Shown one piece after another: positions 63,448 to 64,000 of a stretch of DNA of 64,000 bases; position 1 is the stretch's first letter; every line of letters begins with the position of its first letter. Under the pieces are notes generated by a model. It saw only the letters and a list, made by a program, of their open reading frames with translations, did no database searches and was not told the DNA's origin. Position numbers and translations under genes: made by a program. Origin of the DNA: Pirellulales bacterium (GTDB taxonomy: Bacteria; Planctomycetota; Planctomycetia; Pirellulales; PNKZ01); NCBI GenBank assembly GCA_049840675.1, contig JASGKB010000022.1:78320-142319 (forward strand), in the 5' to 3' direction.

Positions 63448-64000
63448 ATGCTCGAACAACAAGCTTCGCCGTGGTCGCCCGGCGACGCCGCCGAACTCTA
63501 CGACGTCGGCCGCTGGGGCGCGGGTTACTTTTCCGTCGGTCGTTCGGGCAATCTCCTCATCCATCCGACGAAGGATCCGTCGCGGTACATCGACCTGAAG
63601 GAATTGGTCGACAACCTGCAACTCCGCGGCATCGACTTGCCGATTCTCTTGCGCTTCGGCGACGTGCTCAAGCACCGCCTCGGCGAAATTCACGATGCCT
63701 TCCAGCGGGCGATCAAGGAACACCAGTTCAACGGCAAGTATTGCTGCGTCTACCCCATCAAGGTGAACCAGCAACGTCAGGTGGTCGAAGAAGTTCTCGA
63801 ATTCGGCAAGCCGTTCAACTTCGGACTTGAAGCCGGCAGCAAGCCCGAGCTGATGGCCGTCGTGGCGATGGCGGGCAACGACACGCCGATCATCTGTAAC
63901 GGTTTCAAAGACGCCGAGTTCATCGAGATGGCGATGCTCGCGCAGAAGATCGGGCGGAAGATCATTCCGGTCGTCGAGAAGTACACGGAGCTGCAGCTGA
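63448..64000 (+). CDS. speA: biosynthetic arginine decarboxylase, N-terminal part (continues beyond window)
   Basis: My own translation from ATG 63448: MLEQQASPWSPGDAAELYDVGRWGAGYFSVGRSGNLLIHP...IDLPILLRFGDVLKHRLGEIHDAFQ...YCCVYPIKVNQQRQVVEEV...GLEAGSKPEL. The frame is open to the last base, so it is absent from the ORF track. Confidence 0.9.
   Translation, partial: MLEQQASPWSPGDAAELYDVGRWGAGYFSVGRSGNLLIHPTKDPSRYIDLKELVDNLQLRGIDLPILLRFGDVLKHRLGEIHDAFQRAIKEHQFNGKYCCVYPIKVNQQRQVVEEVLEFGKPFNFGLEAGSKPELMAVVAMAGNDTPIICNGFKDAEFIEMAMLAQKIGRKIIPVVEKYTELQL

Overview
High-GC bacterial chromosomal segment (mid-60s % by eye, not computed). The gene content points to Planctomycetota, Pirellulales-like: an adjacent DUF1592/DUF1552 pair, a BBP7-like outer-membrane barrel, DUF1080, an FGE-sulfatase protein, 'ITDAGL'-type leucine-rich repeats and Tat-signal enzymes. 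I can support about 50 protein genes. I saw no rRNA, tRNA, CRISPR array, transposase or integrase. Housekeeping content: cysH plus a cluster-less Rrf2 regulator, rlmI, holA, xseA, rsmA, an MFP+RND efflux pair, ppk2, DUF485+actP-like, and the 5' part of speA. speA runs off the 3' edge and is missing from the ORF track. Main caveat: about 20 otherwise intact genes are each split by a single-base indel, usually in short G/C runs. The ORF track therefore shows them as two overlapping fragments. I merged them, give junction coordinates, and regard sequencing/assembly error as more likely than biology. Accessory and unusual content: (1) a tight same-strand 5-gene cluster (38.8-41.3 kb) led by a markedly low-GC gene with a C-terminal HEPN-like Rx4H motif, followed by two small membrane proteins, a 120-aa protein and a GNAT; (2) two diverged convergent paralogues with a Flp-pilin-like N-terminus and a shared novel module, one fused to a His/Pro-rich spacer and LRRs and sitting next to a papain-like protein that seems to lack all catalytic residues; (3) a low-GC membrane-protein ORF inserted at the 3' end of the Rrf2 gene and bracketed by two ~87%-identical copies of that 3' end; (4) an intact ParD antitoxin with a decayed ParE toxin; (5) a low-GC islet with a PPC-domain metzincin and a DUF3592 protein; (6) an AAA+ ATPase with a large unknown N-terminal domain, interrupted inside its P-loop; (7) several long nested-palindrome intergenic elements. 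All family calls come from motif recognition by eye; no searches were run.
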